Part shown: one piece after another, positions 61,501-63,787 of the stretch
Layout of the letters: every line of letters begins with the position of its first letter
How positions within the stretch are numbered: the first letter of the stretch is position 1
Assembly (NCBI GenBank): GCA_030324005.1
Contig: JARDVH010000025.1
Coordinates: 53,193,410-53,257,196, forward strand
Source of the DNA: Negaprion brevirostris
Taxonomy: Eukaryota
DNA length: 63,787 nt
Direction of reading: 5' to 3'
Notes under the pieces: model-generated
What the model was told of the DNA's origin: nothing
The model's database searches: none
Seen by the model: the letters and a program-made list of their open reading frames with translations, nothing else
Position numbers and translations under genes: made by a program

Positions 61501-62619
61501 CCTAGTGTTCTGCACTGAGCGCTTATGTGACTATTTTGGTCTAACTAATCAGGGCCTAAGCTCTCAAGGTTTTAGTAATGGTGCTCAATCACTCTGAGTG
61601 TGTGCACTGTGTATAAGGAATTTTCAGTCATTTGGTTTAGAGACTTTTAAGTTCTGTGGTATATTTCCATGCATTTATTAGCTGATGATGTTTCATTTTT
61701 TTTATATAAATAGTTCCTTAATGTACCCATATTAAACAGCTGGCTGAACCGCTGAGTTGAGCTGTGTCAAAATACGATAAACACAAACCAAGCCACTGGT
61801 GATGTAATTATCACTTGAAGTCATCTCGCTGACAGAGTTTCACTGCTTTTCACCGGGAACTTGGAAATAGTTCATGTGGGTTAATAGAAAGATCATTAAT
61901 TTATTGCATGAAATTCAAAGGTATCAAGGTTAAGGGATTACGCTGGAGATAGCTTCAGAAATCAATACAATGCAGAATAATTATGCTGCTTTCAGTGGAA
62001 GAGATTACAAATATATGCATTTTTTATAGGGTGAAAAATGAATGGCACTCCCAAGAGAAGGTGTAGGTGACCTATTACGAAGTGGGGGAGGGAGGAGGCA
62101 TAAACAATTATAAACAGAATCCATATGTATTATTCAAACTTCACAAAGGACGATGAAACATTACAGAGAATATGGAAGAATTTATGTGAATGATGCATAA
62201 AGCTCATAAAACAATTGTAATTCTGAAAACTGGCAAGAAACACTGTATTATAATGATTAATTTATTGTCAGGCTTAAGTAACCACGTTCTTTAAATAATC
62301 TCCCAATTAAACCTGCACTGGAATGAAAGGTGAATGATGTGGGTATAATGAATTTTGTTTTGTGCCCATTTTCTGAACGTTAATGCGTGGGAGGTGGGTG
62401 GCACAGAATGGTCAATTAACGTTGAGAACAGCTCTAATGCTATGATGGTTCAGGTCCTCCAGAGATTTCTTTATGCCAACCTGAAATGGAAGGTAGATCT
62501 TGGATTAACCACTAATGGATCCAATGCCTTCTTTAAGACCATTTATGAAATCTCTATGCCCTGAGTGGGCCAAGCATTAACCCTGCCCAGTCAGGATTAT
62601 CCAATGTCCACAGTTTTCT

Positions 62620-62847
62620 CTAAGCCACACACAGTCCTGACTTGGAAATATATCACTGTTCCTTCATCGTTTCTGTGTTAAATTCCTCAAACTCCCTGAT
62701 GATCAGGACTGTGACAGCACCTTCACAGCACCGACTTCAGAGGCTCAAGGGAACAGATCACCATCGCAATCTCAAGGGCAACTGGAAGTGGGCAATAAGT
62801 GCTGACATTCCCAACAAGTCCTGTATCTCGAAAGCGAGTAAAAAAAT
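62620..62847 (+). mobile_element. LINE family B 3' end
   Basis: gacttggaaatatatcactgttccttcatc...ctcaagggcaactgg...gggcaataagtgctg. Confidence 0.7.
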
Positions 62848-63357
62848 TCAGTACAATGGCCCTTAATTAGTGATCCTTTGTGGGAACGCTGTAAGCCACT
62901 ACCAAACAAAATGTTAAAAATACTTATTAGTTTGGAGTACTGCTCCTGGCTACACAGTAGTTCTGAGGGCCACAGCTAGTGCTGATATCAATGGGGCAGT
63001 GAATTGACACGTACCTAGCTTCACCAGTGAATTGCCAGGGATTGCACAATTGGTGTCTGTAACCTTATTTAAAGTAAGGCTGAAGGCACAATATCGATCA
63101 GCCATCAGGTCAACCTGCACAGAGATTGTTTCTTGTTTCCAGTTCACCCCAGCATGCTGAAGCAAAGCTATTCCTCTGGCACAGATTCAATTTTCAGTGC
63201 TATCAGTGCGTTTCTGATCTGAGGCCCAGATTCTCACTCCCAGGTCAGGTGTGCATAGACAGATAAATTCCTCAAACCAAATATATAAAAATGGCCACTT
63301 GCGGGTTGGATTTTCATTCTAGGGATCTGGCTGGTTGGAAGTTGGGCCCACCAATTT

Positions 63358-63505
63358 CAGAATGAATCATAGAATCTGAACAGTGCAAAAGAGGCCATTT
63401 GGCCCATCCAATCTGCACCAACTCTCTGACAGACTATCTTACCCAGGCCCTCTCCTCTGCCCAATCCCTGTAACTCCACACATTTCCCATGGCTAATCCA
63501 TCCAA
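63358..63505 (-). mobile_element. V-SINE or CR1 tail fragment
   Basis: aatcatagaatctgaacagtgcaaaagaggccatttggcccatc. Confidence 0.75.
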
Positions 63506-63638
63506 CCGTCACTAAGACTTGCTCTCCCTGGAGCACAGAACCTAATTCTAAGACCAGATTAAAATATATGTGGGCAATTTTTAAACTGTCTCCCACCTGA
63601 TCACTTAAAAAATGAGGTGGTGAGCATAAAAAACATTG

Positions 63639-63787
63639 GGCCCGATTTTACCAAAAAATGGGTGCGAAATCGCGGTAAATTTGGGCGTCGGGCCTGTAAC
63701 GCGATCTGCACCCGAAACCATTCGCATGCATTTAAATTGACTTAATGAACCGCCTGCCCAACTCTACCACCAAATCCCACTTTACCG
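63639..63787. mobile_element. Left end of a young MITE or DNA transposon, running off the window
   Basis: gggcccgattttacc terminus resembling 30968 and 55414; CpGs retained. Confidence 0.6.

Overview
Draft-assembly vertebrate genomic DNA with many N gaps, some with duplicated flanks. The repeat content (V-domain HE1-like SINEs, Deu-domain SINEs, CR1/HER1-like LINEs, Penelope relics) points to a cartilaginous fish (shark). There is no intact long ORF: the protein-like ORFs are decayed retrotransposon fragments, N-gap artefacts or low-complexity sequence. The window reads as intronic or intergenic DNA densely filled with often nested transposable elements. These are CR1, L2, Rex1/Babar-like and another LINE family, four SINE families, Penelope relics with decayed hammerhead motifs, many GGG...CCC-terminated MITEs, a relic Harbinger Myb/SANT gene and a hAT-like end. 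Two largely repeat-free islands (about 21.6-25.7 kb and 48.3-52.1 kb) may hold host regulatory sequence, including a candidate first exon (ATG CCT AAT AG|GTAAGG at 24260-24270) of an unidentified gene. I found no convincing new multi-gene system. The best leads are the SINE/LINE tail pairings, the Harbinger relic with its MITE swarm, and the candidate first exon. Repeat family names come from recalled consensus motifs, not searches, and boundaries are approximate.
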